Assembly: GCF_009914755.1 (NCBI RefSeq)
Contig: NC_060935.1
Source of the DNA: the human T2T-CHM13v2.0 reference genome, Homo sapiens
Length of the DNA stretch: 64,000 nucleotides
Direction: 5' to 3' (one strand)
Of the stretch, positions 39,301-52,699 are shown piece after piece. Made by a program: the position numbers and the translations under genes. The notes below the pieces were generated by a model, which made no database searches, was not told the DNA's origin, and saw only the letters and a program-made list of their open reading frames with translations. How positions within the stretch are numbered: the first letter of the stretch is position 1; each line of letters begins with the position of its first letter.

Positions 39301-42300
39301 AGAATCCTAAGGGATCTTGATCCAGTGTCTTGGGTAGAAGCTGACCACTTTGAGTTGTCATCTGCTTGGTGCCAAGTTCTTGGGAATGCAATGTATCTCA
39401 TGTTGTCATCCTCTTCTGGGGACTTTTAAAAGATCCTCTCTTTATGGTATTCTGTTGGTGTGGATTTCCATTTGTAATAAAGCTTAGTTTTAAAATTGCG
39501 AAACATGAACCCCAGCTTGTACTACTTGTAGCTTTGCAGTGGTATTGATAGTTAGGAGACAGCATAATGCCTCTTATACTTGGGTTCAGGATCGGTCTTT
39601 CAGTAGTGTCTTCCAGAAGACTAGGTCTCCCATCTGAAAATGATGTTTAAGCTGTGGTGGTATATCTTGGGAGAAACAACTTGACCTGTTGGGGGAAAGT
39701 GTAAGTGCACTTAACAATTGCTTGGCAGTATTTAGGGATAATATATTGTAGCAGATTGCAATGTCTGCTTCATTCCAAAGCAATGTCCAGAGTAATATCT
39801 CATTGATTGGCCTGCTAGTAATAATTTCACAGGAGGATAAAGTTGACTGGGTGGTGAGGAGTTCAAAGGATCATTAGGTCTAAAGGAGAGACTTTGGGCA
39901 AAGACAGGTTAGGTTCCTCAAAGAGTTCGCTACTATGAAGTTAAAAACACTATTGGACCATTATATCTTTCTAGAGGTTTGAAGGTAGTAAGAATAGTGA
40001 GTTCTTATGAGAGTAGAAGTAGTGTTTGAATATCCTGAGTAAGCTTACCAGTGAAGGGATTTCCTCTATTGATAGACAGGAAAAAAGGGATTCTCCAAGT
40101 GGGGAAAATTATTTCTAGTAGCAACTTAAATATAGTGGTGGCAGTATCCTATGTGCAGGTAAAATCTTCTTATCATCCTGAAAACATGCAGACTATGGTA
40201 GAAACTATTCATATTTATAATACTTTAAAAGTGGAATAAAATCCATTTGCCAATGAGGAAGGGAACAGAGGAAACTGTCTCTCATCTTTGCCTTACCTTT
40301 AGGTTTTTGCCAGGATTGTATTTTTTTTTTTTTGTGGCAAATTGAGAAAGTTGAGGTTATTTGCTTACCATGAAGCTGATGTGACCCTACCAATATTTCT
40401 GAAGGATATTTTAAAGATATTCTTTGCTGTGGGCTTTGCTGATGTTGTGGATTAAATTTTGGATATGAAACCAAGGAATGAAAAGTAGCCATCTGGGTGT
40501 CTTCACATGTACAAAACATGTAGCTTGTTTTCAATGAGCTTTCTCAGCCTTAGATGCTAGCAATTATTGTCCCAGAAGTTCCTTAATTAGAGTTTCTATC
40601 TCTAAAGGAGGTTGAGCAAGGGGAGTAGTGCAGGCAACTGAGGAAGAATTTTCTTGCAAAGTGGCTCTCTTGACGTATTTGTCTCCCCACGGGTTTCCTT
40701 TAGCATCAGGAGACTGTCTAGTGTGAGCTTCAGCTTTGAGGGTAGCTAATTCCTTGGGTAGCAAGGCTTCTAAGAGGTTAGCTACTTGAGTTCCATTGAA
40801 TATCTGCTACCTGTGCAAATGTTAGCTTTCTTATCTTGTGCTAGTATGCAAGTCTGGCGAGGGCTATCAGTTTAACTGCTTGGCTGATTTAACTTTAGGT
40901 AGGGGTTTGAACTCAACAAATGTTTCAAAATCTGGGATAGTATATTTTGCATAAAACTCCTCATTTGTATGCCTGAGGTAAGAACTGTGCACAAAGGAGG
41001 TGACATCTGAGTATTTGGGAGTTCTGGTGAAGTTTGGGTGAGAGTGATACAGTCATCAGGTTCTTCCTCAGATAGTAGGGGAAGAAGAGCAGAGGACTGA
41101 GGTGTAGAGAGTGATAAGTAGCAATATGAGAGGAATAAGGTAGTAGGATCTCACAGGACGTGAGGATGGAAGTGGAAGAGTGTTGAATATTCTCAGTTAG
41201 TAGTAGGGTCTTAACTACTTGGGGCACATAAAGGTTGAATGCATGACTCAGAATTAAGTTAGTATTGATCTTGACCAATTTGGTAGCAACAGCAACTAAA
41301 GCAAAGTGAAAATGTCTGAGCCACAGGGTCAAAAGTGAGGCTAAAGAATCCAACAGGACTTTGGCTTCCATTGTATTTTTGGATGGCGACATCTAAAGCA
41401 TGTCCTTTTCCTTTATGCATAAAAAAATGGAAAAACTCAATGAGTAACTGTAGAGTCCAAGAGTCAGGGGAAATGATAGAGAGGATTTGAGGTTTTGAAA
41501 TGCAAACATGGGAGGGGAATCTCAGTTAAGGGGTTTGGAAATGGACTCCTTAGCTGTGGCTTCAAAAGGAGAGGTGGTAATAGAAGTTAGTAATTCAGTT
41601 CTGGCAATAGGCAATAAATCCTATAAATCTTTGCAGTTCTTTTGGTCTCAGGGATGAGAAAATTGATGATGGTGTTAATTCATTTAGTGAATAAATTATT
41701 CCCTTCAAGGAAGATATCATGTTCTAGGTAATGCACTTGAGGGCTGCATAATTGCATGTTTTTGGAGACATTATGCCCCTTATGGGCAAGAGCTTGTAGT
41801 GAATATGGGCTGTAGATAAGCAAGGTGTCAAAATCAGGTGAGCAGAGAAGGTCATCTATGTACTAAATAAGAGTTTCAGGATAAGGTCCAATATCTCAGA
41901 TTTGCGTGTAGAGTGTGAGGGAAACAAATAGGGGCTTTAGTAAACCCCTGAAGCATAATGTAAACTATTGATTTCCATATGAAAGCAAAAAGATACTGTG
42001 AGTTGGGTTGAAGAGCTACACTGAAAAAAAAAAAAAGACTACCAGTCAATGACTATAAAGTGAAAGGTATTAAGTTGGCTAGAAGCCAGAATGTATTTGA
42101 GTTAGAATCTAGAGCAAATCTGGAATGACTATTTGTTTATTGCTCTCAAGTCCTGGACTAACTGGTATCCTTTGACATTATTCTTACTTTTTGGGAGGAT
42201 AGGGATATTACAGGGATTGGGTGCAGGGCCTAAGAGTCCTTGTCAGAGACCTTGACTTATAATTGAAGACCTTGGAGGGGTTCTAGTTTAGAGGATATTG

Positions 42301-42960
42301 TGGCCATCTTGTGAATGGCATGGAACAGACTATTTCTTCTTTGAGAGGTCAGCTTCTCAGATTTGAGTTAGCAGCCCAAAGGAGTAGCACGTATGGAAAA
42401 CGGGTACGGTGGTACCCATGGAGGGCTATCAGTGAGACAAGGGTTTTGAGGGTGTTTGGGGGGATAAAGGAAGAGCTGAGGAAGAGTTTGGTTGTGAGAT
42501 AGTCTTTAAGGTGCTGTACAGTTTGAGATATTTTAGGGACATATTCTTATTTTTAAAGCTTCTTTGTACCAAGCAAAATTAGCTGACAAATAGTGAGGTC
42601 TTAAAGCCCTGACATTCAAGGGGATCTCATAACTGGACTAGTTTAGGGAGATCAAGGCTGCCACAAAGGGGCCATTGGAGTCTAAATTGTCCTTAGTTAA
42701 ATTCAGCCAATTTCAGAAATAATGGACTGAATTGTTAATGACAGAGTTTATGATTGGCAGAGGTTTTTAAAAATGGATTGAAAATTTTCTGTAGTACAGA
42801 GATTAAACAAACCTGGCAGCAAAATCAAACTGAAAGAGTACTCAAACAAAGAATCAAAAGCCAAATCCTTATTGTGCTACCATAGACAAATATCTGTAGC
42901 ATGGGGATCAGGAGTTAACTCTCTGTGAGAACCCTGAATTGCCATTCAGGGGAGGAGCAT
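36380..42960 (-). mobile_element. Decayed class-I (gamma-like) ERV: 3' LTR ~36380-36767, env, pol, gag-MA remnants; 5' LTR not recognised
   Basis: Minus strand: YIDD at 41851-41862, MLQGFTKAP at ~41931-41956, integrase HWQMDFI (ORF 40205..40534), purine tract AATGGGGAAAAA abutting TGAGG at 36767. Confidence 0.8.
38425..39250 (+). mobile_element. L1MB 3' fragment inserted into the ERV
   Basis: GGAAAATGCAAAT, GTATTGGCAAGGATGTGGAGAA, CATGCTACAACATGGATG, ATGGTTGCACAACCTTGTGAATATACTAAA; G-tract 39057-39082. Confidence 0.9.
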
Positions 42961-43608
42961 GAACTCAAGAGGGCTTAGTGCTTTTGGTAAATGAATGAAC
43001 GAATAATTGATTTGTACATAGTTTGAATGCATTGTTACAACTGGAAGATTTTGATTCAATTTCCATTTTAGGTTTTCTGTACTTGTAAACTGGAGTCTAG
43101 AACCATTGATTTCTCTCCTATGATTTAGTTAACAAATTTTATTTATATAGGTGAATTTCATCACATCTGTCAAAAGTATGACTGAAATCAAACTTTTATT
43201 AGAAAAGGGAAGTACATAAAATGATGCAGAGGAGGTAAAGACAGTTGTGAACTCTTAACTAAAATGCATTCTGTCCCTATAAATTCCTTTATGGTACATC
43301 ACTCTTTATGGATTACAAAATGCTCCTCCATCTGTAAGTATGCGGGACTCCTAGTAGTGACTTACAGTATACAGAAAAATAGTCAAATGTCATTTTGCTC
43401 CAGTGGAAAATCCACCTAAACAAGGTATCATTACCAATGGTTCTTTTAATGCTTTCTCTACGTCATAAACCAACTTTGATATACTATTTACCAAACATTG
43501 AACGAATAAATTCCATTTTTGGCAAGAAATATTATAATGATGATTACAAGGATTTGCCACATCTCAAATGTTCCTGTTATCTCTCCATATCATCAAGAAT
43601 ATGAGAAG

Positions 43609-44220
<612 letters not shown>

Positions 44221-44671
44221 AAGAAATACCTGGATTTGAATTTGACTTTGCTATTTATTAGGCACCTTTGATCAAGGTACTTAAACTTTTTCAACTTTCT
44301 AGAATGTCAGATCCACTAAGACAATTTTTTTTTCTTGTTGATACTTCCTGGTGCCTAGAGTATTATATAGCATATATTATACTCTCAATAAATATTTGTT
44401 AAATAAATAAATATTTTTATTTAGAAAAATCAGTGAAGGAAGAGGGAGACAAGAGATTGAGATAAAGTGTTGCAGCATTTACCACTATCAGTAGCACATT
44501 TTCAGCATTAGTATACCCTGTTTCGTTTTCAGATTGTTGCTCAAATGTTACCTCCAAGAAAGGCTTTCCCAGACCTCTCTCCCCTTAAAAGTCAAAACCT
44601 TATTTTGTTCTTTCTTATAATTACCACCATCTAATCCATCTAATATTCTCTTTTATTTTACCTATTTCTCC

Positions 44672-44954
<283 letters not shown>

Positions 44955-45398
44955 TATTTTTTTTTTTAACATCTGCACTTTCCCACTAAAATATAAGCCC
45001 TACGAAGAAATGTAATTTCATGCTGTTCATTGTCTACCTCCTGTCCATAAACAGTACCTGTCACCAAATAGTTTCTCTGTAAATATTTATTGAATGTTGA
45101 AGGAACTGAGAGGAGTTTACTGCTGCTTTTGTTTTTTAATCATTATTCATGGTAAGGACCCAAATGCCCTGCAGGCAACATTCAACCTCACCAATTAAAA
45201 AATAAAAGTGAAGAAAACATTCGTGAAAAATGTTTGAGAAATTTGAACCATGAAGTTTCATGTGTATAGGCAATTAGTAAGACTGAAAGCACCATGTGGG
45301 CAGATGACAAATATGCTTTGCCCACACCTTTATTCTGGGGATGGGGCACAATGTCTGGCATACAGAAGCGGCTTAAAATCATTCATTGTATAAAAAAG

Positions 45399-45526
45399 TA
45401 TATATATACTTTATATATACATATATAAAGTATATATATATCAAAGTATATATATATATGTGTATATATAAGGTCCTTATATATACATATATATAAGGAC
45501 CTTATATATACACATATATATATATA
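45399..45526. repeat. TA-rich tandem pair of perfect palindromes
   Basis: 45399-45418/45421-45440 (20-bp arms, AC loop) and 45447-45485/45488-45526 (39-bp arms, CA loop), checked base by base. Confidence 0.92.
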
Positions 45527-45765
45527 TGTAAGGTCAATTAAGGCTATTCTCCCATTAGAAAAGTATAATTTTGAGAAAAATAATTTAAAAAATATGAAAT
45601 AAACTTGACTATTGCTTAAAAGGTTAATGCCAATCAATGTTGTCATGGTAGAATTTATTACTCAAAACTCAGAAAAAAAAATGTCATATTTCTTTGGTCT
45701 GAATCAAATGAGATTTGTTTTTCATTCTGTACTCTCCAAGATAGTGGGAAATTCCATCTCATTCA

Positions 45766-45919
45766 TTTTTTTTTAAATTTTTATTTTATGTTCTGGGTTA
45801 CATGTGCAGGATGTGCAGGTTTGTTACATAGGTAAAATGCACCATGGTGGTTTGCTGCACCTATCAACTCTTCACCTAGGTATTTACAAGCCCGACATAC
45901 ATTAACTATTTTTTCCTAA
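45766..45919 (-). mobile_element. L1PA 3'-terminal fragment interrupted by LTR12
   Basis: Poly-T then TACATGTGCAGGATGTGCAGGTTTGTTACATAGGTAAA...CCATGGTGGTTTGCTGCACC. Confidence 0.88.
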
Positions 45920-47147
45920 TGAGAGGTGACAACGTGCTAGCAGCCCTCGCTCACTCTCAGCACCTCCTGGGTCTTGGCGTCCACTCTGTCCATGCTTCAG
46001 GAGCCCTTCAGCCCACCGCTGCACTGTGGTGGCCCCTCTCTGGGGCTGGCCAAGGCCGGAGCCAGCTCCCTCTGCTTGCAGGGAGGTGCGGAGGGAGAGG
46101 CTCGGGCAGGAGTCGGGGCTGCGGGTGCAAGTTCCGGGTGGGCACAGGCTCGGTGGGCCCCTCAGTGTGGCCGGCCAGCGCCTGCTGGGCTTGATCGGGG
46201 GACAAGCTCCCTCTGGGCTGCTGGACTGCCTGGCTAGGTGTGACAAAGTCCCATGGTTAGTGCCACTGAGAAGTGAAGCAGGCTGGGCTTCTGGGTCAGG
46301 AGGGGACTTGGAGAACTTTTCTGTCTAGCTAAAGGTTTGTAAATGCACCAATCAGCACTGTGTGTCTAGCTAAAGGGTAGGGGACTTGGAGAACTTTTGT
46401 GTCTAGCTAAAGGATTGTAAACACACCAATCAGCACTCTGTGTCTAGCTAAAGGTTTGTAAATGCACCAATCAGTGCTCTGTCAAAACAGACCAATCAGC
46501 TCTCTGTAAATGGACCAATCAGCTCTCTGTAAAATGGACCAATCAGTAGGATGTGGGTGGGGCCAGATAAGGGAATAAAAGCAGGCCACCCTAGCCTGCA
46601 GCGGCAACCCATTCCAGGCCCCTTTCACGCAATGGAAGATTTGTTCTTTCAGTTTTCTCAATAAATCTTGCTGCTCCTCACTCTTTGGGTCTGCGCCACC
46701 TTTATGAGCTGTTAACACTCACCACGAAGGTCTGCAGCTTCACTCCTGAAGGCAGCGAGACCACAAACCCACAGGGAGGGACGAACAACTCTGGAGGGGA
46801 GGAACGAACAACTCCAGATGCACCACCTTTATGAACTGTAACACTCACCATGAAGGTCTGCAGCTTCACTCCTGAGGCCAGTGAGACCACGAACCCACAG
46901 GAAGGAATGAACAACTCCAGACATGCCACCTTTAAGAGCTTTAACACTCACTGCGAAGGTCTGCTGCTTCACCTCTGAAGTCAGCGAGACCATGAACCCA
47001 CCAGAAGGAAGAAACTCCGGACACATCTGAACATCAGAAGGAACAAACTCTGGACACACCATCTTTAAGAACTCTAACACTCACCATGACATCCGCGGCT
47101 TCATTCTTGAAGTCAGCGAGACCAAGAACCCACCAATTCCAGACACA
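45920..47147 (+). mobile_element. LTR12 (B/D-like), 5' LTR of ERV9 provirus
   Basis: TGAGAGGTGACAACGTGCTAGCAGCC start, CAGACACA end; six CCAATCAG motifs 46348-46546; GC box, AGATAA, AATAAAA promoter core; tandem R/U5 repeats. Confidence 0.95.
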
Positions 47148-47150
47148 TTT

Positions 47151-47168
47151 TGGTGACCCAGATGGGAT
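47151..47168 (+). promoter_or_regulatory. Primer-binding site, tRNA-Arg
   Basis: TGGTGACCCAGATGGGAT just after the LTR; 16/18 match to the recalled complement of a tRNA-Arg(CCG) 3' end; ERV9 uses tRNA-Arg. Confidence 0.8.
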
Positions 47169-48387
47169 TATTGCCTATCACCAAGCGGTGAGACCATTGC
47201 TAAGTGGTGAGACCATCGCCTATCACTAAGCGGTGAGACTATCACCTATCGCCGAGCGGTGAGTACCATTGGACCCCTTTCACTTGCTAATCTGTCCTAT
47301 TTTTCCTTAGAATTGGGGGGCTAAATACTGGGCACCTGTTGGCCAGTTAAAAGCAACTAGCGCGGCCACTGGACTAAAGACACGAGTGTCAGGCTTTCTG
47401 GGAAAGGGCTTTCTAACAACCCCCAACTCTTCGGAGTTGGGAGCGTTGGTTTGCCTGGAACCAGCTTCCACTTTTCCCGTACTTCCGGGCTGAGGCAAGG
47501 GTCGACAGAGAGGAAAGCCATTCAGCTCTGGGGTCCTGACAACAAGTTGGTTGATCCTGCAGCTGTGAGCGGAACTCTCAAAGGCATGTTGCCCAAGTGA
47601 GACTTGCCCATCTATTCTATCTACCCTGACCCTCCTAGGTCCTAATGCCTGTCAGGCAAACTTCCTCTCACTTCTCTTTCCCGAGGCTAGTCCTGCTTCT
47701 AAAAATCACTCCCTGTCTCTGGTGCTTTTCTAGTTTCTCCTATAAGAATGATTTCTAGTATAAACTCCAGGACTTTCTTACCTTCTTTAGGCTCTCGGAT
47801 TCACTAATCAGAAAGACATAATTTTTGCCCAAAGCCCCATTGTAGTGGGGACAATCTGGAATTTTAGTATCCCTTCTCAGACTAGCAGGCCTAGCAAAAG
47901 CTATTCCTGAAGCTAGGATATGGGGAGCCTCAGAAATTGTATCATTCCTATTCATATAAGTAAGGACAAAAGGTGTCACTCTTCCAACCCTGGAGAACCC
48001 TATCCTCCCACAGGTTATGGCCCTCCACTTCATCTTTGGGGCATAACATCTTTATAGGTCAGGGGTAAAGTCCCAGTACTAACAGGAGAATGCTTAGGAC
48101 TCTAACAGGTTTTTGAGAATGCGTCAGTAAGGCCACTAAATCTGACCTTCCTCAATCCTCCTTGTGGTCTGGGAGGAAAACTAGTGTTTTTGCTGCTGCC
48201 TTGGTAAGCACAACTATTCTGATCAGCAGGGTCCAGGGACCATTGCGGGTTCTTGGGCAGTAGTTGTTTCTGCTGCTGTGTTGGTGGGTGCAACTATTCT
48301 GATCAGCAGGGTCCAGGGATTGTTGTGGGTTCTTGGGCAGGGGGAGAAACAAAACAAACCAAAACCGTGGGCAGTTTTGTCTTTCAG

Positions 48388-49851
48388 ATAGGAAACACTC
48401 AAGCATCAACAGGCTTACCCTTGAAATGCATCCTAAGCCATTGGGACCAATTTGATCCACAAACCCTGAAAAAGAGGTGGCTCATTTTTTTCTGCACTAT
48501 AGCCTGACCCCAATATTCTCTCTCTGATGGGGAAAAATGGCCACCTGAGGGAAGTACAAATTACAATACTATCCTGCAGTTTGACCTTTTCTGTAAGAGG
48601 GAAGGCAAATGGAGTGAAATACCTTATGTCCAAGCTTTCTTTTCATTGAAGGATAATACACAACTTTGCAAAGCTTGCAATTTACATCCCACAGGAGGAC
48701 CTCTCAGCTTACCCCCATATCCTATCCTACCTATAGCTCCCCTTCCTATTAATGATAAACCTCCTCTAATCTCCCCTACCAAGAAGGAAATAAGCAAAGA
48801 AATCACCAAAGGACCATAACCCCCCCGCCCCTCCGCCCGGGCTATTGGATATGTCCTCTTCAAGCTGTAGGGGGTGGGGAATTTGGCCCAACTTGGGTAC
48901 ATGTCCCCTTCTCCCTCTCTAATTTAAAGCAGATCAAGGCACACCTGGGGAAGTTTTCAGATGATCCTGATAGGTATGTCCTACAGGGTCTAGGGCAAAC
49001 CTTTGACCTCACTTGGAGAGATATCATGCTACTGTTAGATCAAACGCTGGCCTTTAATGAAAAGAATGTGGCTTTAGCTGTAGCCTGTGAGTTTGGAGAT
49101 ACCTGGTATCTTAGTCAAGTAAATGACAGAATGACAACTGAAGAAAGGGACAAATTCCCTTCTGGTCAGCAAGCTCTCCCTAGTATGGATCCCCACTGGG
49201 ACCTCAACTCAGATCATGGGGAATGGAGTTGTAAATATCTATTGACCTGTGTTCTAGAAGGACTAAGGCGAATTATGAAAAAGCCCATGAATTATTCAGT
49301 GATGTCCACCATAACTCAGGGAAAGGAAGAAAATCCTTCTGCCTTCCTCAAGTGGCTACAGGAGGCCTTGAGAAAATATACTCCCCTGTCACCCAAATTG
49401 CTTGAGGGTCAATTGATTCTAAAAGATAAGTTTATTACCCAATCAGCCGCAGCTATCAGGAGAAAGCTCCAAAAGCAAACCCTGGGCCCTGAACAAAATT
49501 TGGAGGCACTATTAAACTTGGCAATCTTGGTGTTCTATGATAGGGAACAAAAGGAACAGGCCCAAAAGGAAAAGCAAAATCAGAGAAAGGCTGCAGCCTT
49601 AGTCATGGTTCTCAGATGAACAAACCTTGGTGGTTCAGAGAGGACAGAAAATGGAGCAGGCCAATCACCCAGTAGTGCTTGTTATCAGTGTGGTTTACAA
49701 GGACACTTTAAAAATGATTGTCCAAAGAGAAACAAGCTGCCCCCTTGTCCATGTCCACTATGCTGAGGCAATCACTGGAAGGTGCTGCCCCAGAAGAGAA
49801 AGGTTCTCTGGGTCAGAAGCCTCCAACCAGATGATCCAACAACAGGACTGA
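48388..49851 (+). pseudogene. gag: ERV9 gag, disrupted
   Basis: IGNTQAS.G.PLKCILSHWDQFDPQTLKK (start ATG mutated to ATA); MHR ITQGKEENPSAFL in ORF 49026..49619; CYQCGLQGHFKNDC at 49680-49721. Confidence 0.9.
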
Positions 49852-50231
49852 GGGTGCCTGGGGCAAGTGCCAGCTCATGTCTTCACCCTCACTGAGCCCT
49901 GGGTACGTTTAACCACTGAGGGCCAGGAAATTGACTTCCTCCTGGACACTGGTGCAGCATTCTCAGTGTTAATCTGCTGTCCTGTAAGACTGTCCTCAAG
50001 GTCCGTTACCATCTGAGGAATGGTACAGAAATACCTGTAACCAGGTATTTCTCCCACCTCCTCAGTTGTAATTGGGAGACTTGGCTCTTTTCACATGCCT
50101 TTCTTGTTATGCCTGAAAGTCCCACACCCTTATTAGGTAGGGATATATTAGCCAAAGCTGGAGCTATTATCTACAGAATATGGGGAACAAGTTACCCATT
50201 TGCTGTCCCCTATTTGAGGAGGGAATCAACC
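49852..50231 (+). pseudogene. pro: ERV9 protease and first codons of pol, disrupted
   Basis: FLLDTGAAFSV at 49936-49968; PESPTPLLGRDIL at 50112. Confidence 0.88.
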
Positions 50232-51874
50232 AACAGTTTAAAAATTGATCTGTTCATTCATGTTTTAAGGTTCTCCCTTTTATTTTCAGAGGCTGTACTG
50301 GAATGTGTCAGGAAAGTGAAAAGTCTCTGGTTGTTAGTCTGCAGTGGCCATACAGGTACTGTAACCTATATGTTATGGTACTTATATGACCATACTCTGA
50401 CCTTCTTGATGGTGCCATGGTTCAGTGAATCTTCCATGTTCCTGATGGTAGACTTAAAGGTATCCTTCAAAGACGTCTTTTCCAGGGATTATAAACTCCT
50501 TATTGTAAGACACCATGAATATGCTGAAGACCTTGTGTTTAGGAACAAGTCCTCACCAGTCTCCCACTTTGGCCTCTCACCTCTGCAGAGAGGGTGTGGT
50601 TCTTCACTACTCCCTGGAAGTCTAGTTCCTTCTTTCCTCACAGTCTTGAGAAACACAACATTTTTTCTCCAATTTTGAGCTCCTTTCTTCCATAAAATTT
50701 AAACAGTTTTTATACCAGATACTTTTGGTGAGTCACTACCTCTCAAGATTTGATGTCAGCAACTGGGGGAATTTTTGTTTTCCATGCGTTTGCTGACTTC
50801 TTATTTCAGGTTCTGTCACATAAGTCATTACAATCCTTGGGACAGGGAGCCTAGATTCTGGATTCATAACCACTGTCTTAGAATGGGAAGGGTCCAATAC
50901 TTCTCTTTCTTTGACTTTTTTACAACAGAGGAAAAGAAAACCTCCACAAATTATTGTCTAAGTAAATAATCCTCTGAATTTTCTTCCTCCAGTAAATTTT
51001 TGTTTTTAAGAAATATTTTTCCCCATTGCAGTGTCTCATTTTATAAGTGTAGCTCATGTACCTGTGTATCTTCTCTCCCTAAGCAGTTATTCTCATAATT
51101 CAATCAGTGTCTCAGATATTTTTTATATTCTCCCTGAGCATTCATGTGAGCTTGCTTTCAATAATTAAGTTAGGCTAGCTGATTGCCTTAGAAGAGATCT
51201 CCTTCATAATCGTGGATGTCTTAGGCTTAAAAACCGTAAAAAGAAAAATTAAGATGCAATTTCTGGTTATGTCCAATTCATCTTCATTAACCTTAAGTTC
51301 TTTGGGCTTTTGCTTGTATTTGAAGACCTCATTTCTTATCCTCTGAGACTCTGACATTGAGTGTCTTGCCATAATCTAATTGCCAGAGGGAAAGATCTTT
51401 GCCATTGTTGGTCTTTATCTCAAGTTGGCAGTTAAAAAAAAAAAAATGAATGGGCCTTTTGGCGCTTTCCTTTTCTATTTCCTTGGTCACAGCTACCTTG
51501 GGTTACACTTACAAGGGGAATTGTGTCAGAAAGTCTAATTTCTTTTAAGACCAGGTTGGGTCATTTTCTTTATTCCTCTCTGGTTTATCAAAATCCATCA
51601 AATGTGTCATAACTTTGTCAGTGCTTATTTAGAGTTCTGTTTATGAGCACACAACTCCAAAGAGGTGCTTTATCTTTTTAAAACACGTGGTTATCTCTGA
51701 AATGTTTAACCTTTGTACCTGGCAATGCGCTTTCTAGCTTCATTTTGTCTTTAGTTGTTGTCTTTTGATTCATAGGTGTGTATTTGTGGGTGTACATGTG
51801 TATTTCTGTATGTGTGTTCTTTTTCATCTTAAATTATTTATTTAGTCTCTACTAAGCACATTAGTCATTATCAT

Positions 51875-52312
51875 TGCTAAATTAAATAAGCAGGAGGCCA
51901 TTAACTTGAGGCTGTCTTGTACTTTGCGTTTTTATGTAACAAGCTACAACCTCACTGAGTAGGTAAGCAAACTGAAACCTATCTTAGAAGTATATTTTTT
52001 GTAACAGATAGTTGGTTTTCAGCAAATCGGTAACATCTGAGCTCAGCCATTCAAAGGCAACCCAGCTGAATAGACCATGCTCAAATAAAGCAAATGCCTT
52101 ATCACACCATGTTCCAATAAGGCAGAAACCTAGCTGTAGCCAATCAGGTGATTTCTGTATTTAGCTTCTGTGTTGGGCTTATAAAAGCTAGCTGCTCTCA
52201 TTGCTGCGTGGAGCCCTCTAAATCCCTTTTGGTTCTGAGTTCTGCCCTGTACGTGAATTGCCCTTTGCTTAAATAAGCTCTGTTTAATTAGTCTAAAGTT
52301 TTTCTTTTAACG
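51875..52312 (+). mobile_element. Solo ERV1 LTR, MER57-like
   Basis: TGCTAAATTAAATAAGCAGGAGGCC start; TATAAAA; ends TTTTCTTTTAACG; 4-bp TSD TCAT (51871-51874 / 52313-52316). Confidence 0.75.
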
Positions 52313-52699
52313 TCATTTAAATATCTGACTTTATTAGGAACTATTTTAAAAACTTTTCTCTCTCCTGCCATTAAAAATATGGTAAGTACTTTGCTTTAAA
52401 AAGAACTGTAAACGAAAATTATGGTTTCCTCTCACTAAACGAATATGTACCTCAGCAATAACAGTTTGTAAACCAGTAAGACAGTAGGCTGAAGACTGAG
52501 ATTCAAATGACCTTCCCCTTAAAAATGCTGAGCTATGGAACTGGCTTTCTCTATGCTTTGTTTCTCCATATCCTAACATATGTACAACTACACGCACTGA
52601 TATAAAAACTACTAAATAGTGCTAGACTCTGCTCCATTAGTTTAAATAAATGCAATTTACTTTTAGCATTATATTCAGAAAAACTCTTAAGCCTCAAAG

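Larger units (their letters stand above)
47148..50231 (+). mobile_element. ERV9 (HERV9) internal region: leader, gag, pro, truncated at start of pol
   Basis: Leader repeats GAGACCATCGCC/AAGCGGT; gag and protease motifs; homology ends at GAGGGAATCAACC. Confidence 0.93.

Noticed and set aside
42927-42944. TGGCAATTCAGGGTTCTC (minus strand) as the PBS of the old ERV
   Set aside because: I cannot match it to a tRNA 3' end and no LTR is recognisable next to it.
46320-47270. Regularly spaced repeats resembling a CRISPR array or novel repeat system
   Set aside because: These are the known LTR12 U3 CCAAT repeats, R/U5 tandem repeats and ERV9 leader repeats; there are no unique spacers and the DNA is eukaryotic.
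48210-48340. ~80-bp direct repeat in the ERV9 leader
   Set aside because: As far as I recall this is a normal feature of ERV9 leaders, not specific to this locus.
49026-49619. 197-aa Gag capsid ORF as a domesticated gene
   Set aside because: It is a fragment of a gag with a mutated start and stops or frameshifts on both sides; no sign of preservation.
50109-50678. 189-aa ORF as a novel gene
   Set aside because: It begins in ERV9 protease, shifts out of the viral frame and runs across the truncation junction into sequence with no recognisable domain; most likely chance.
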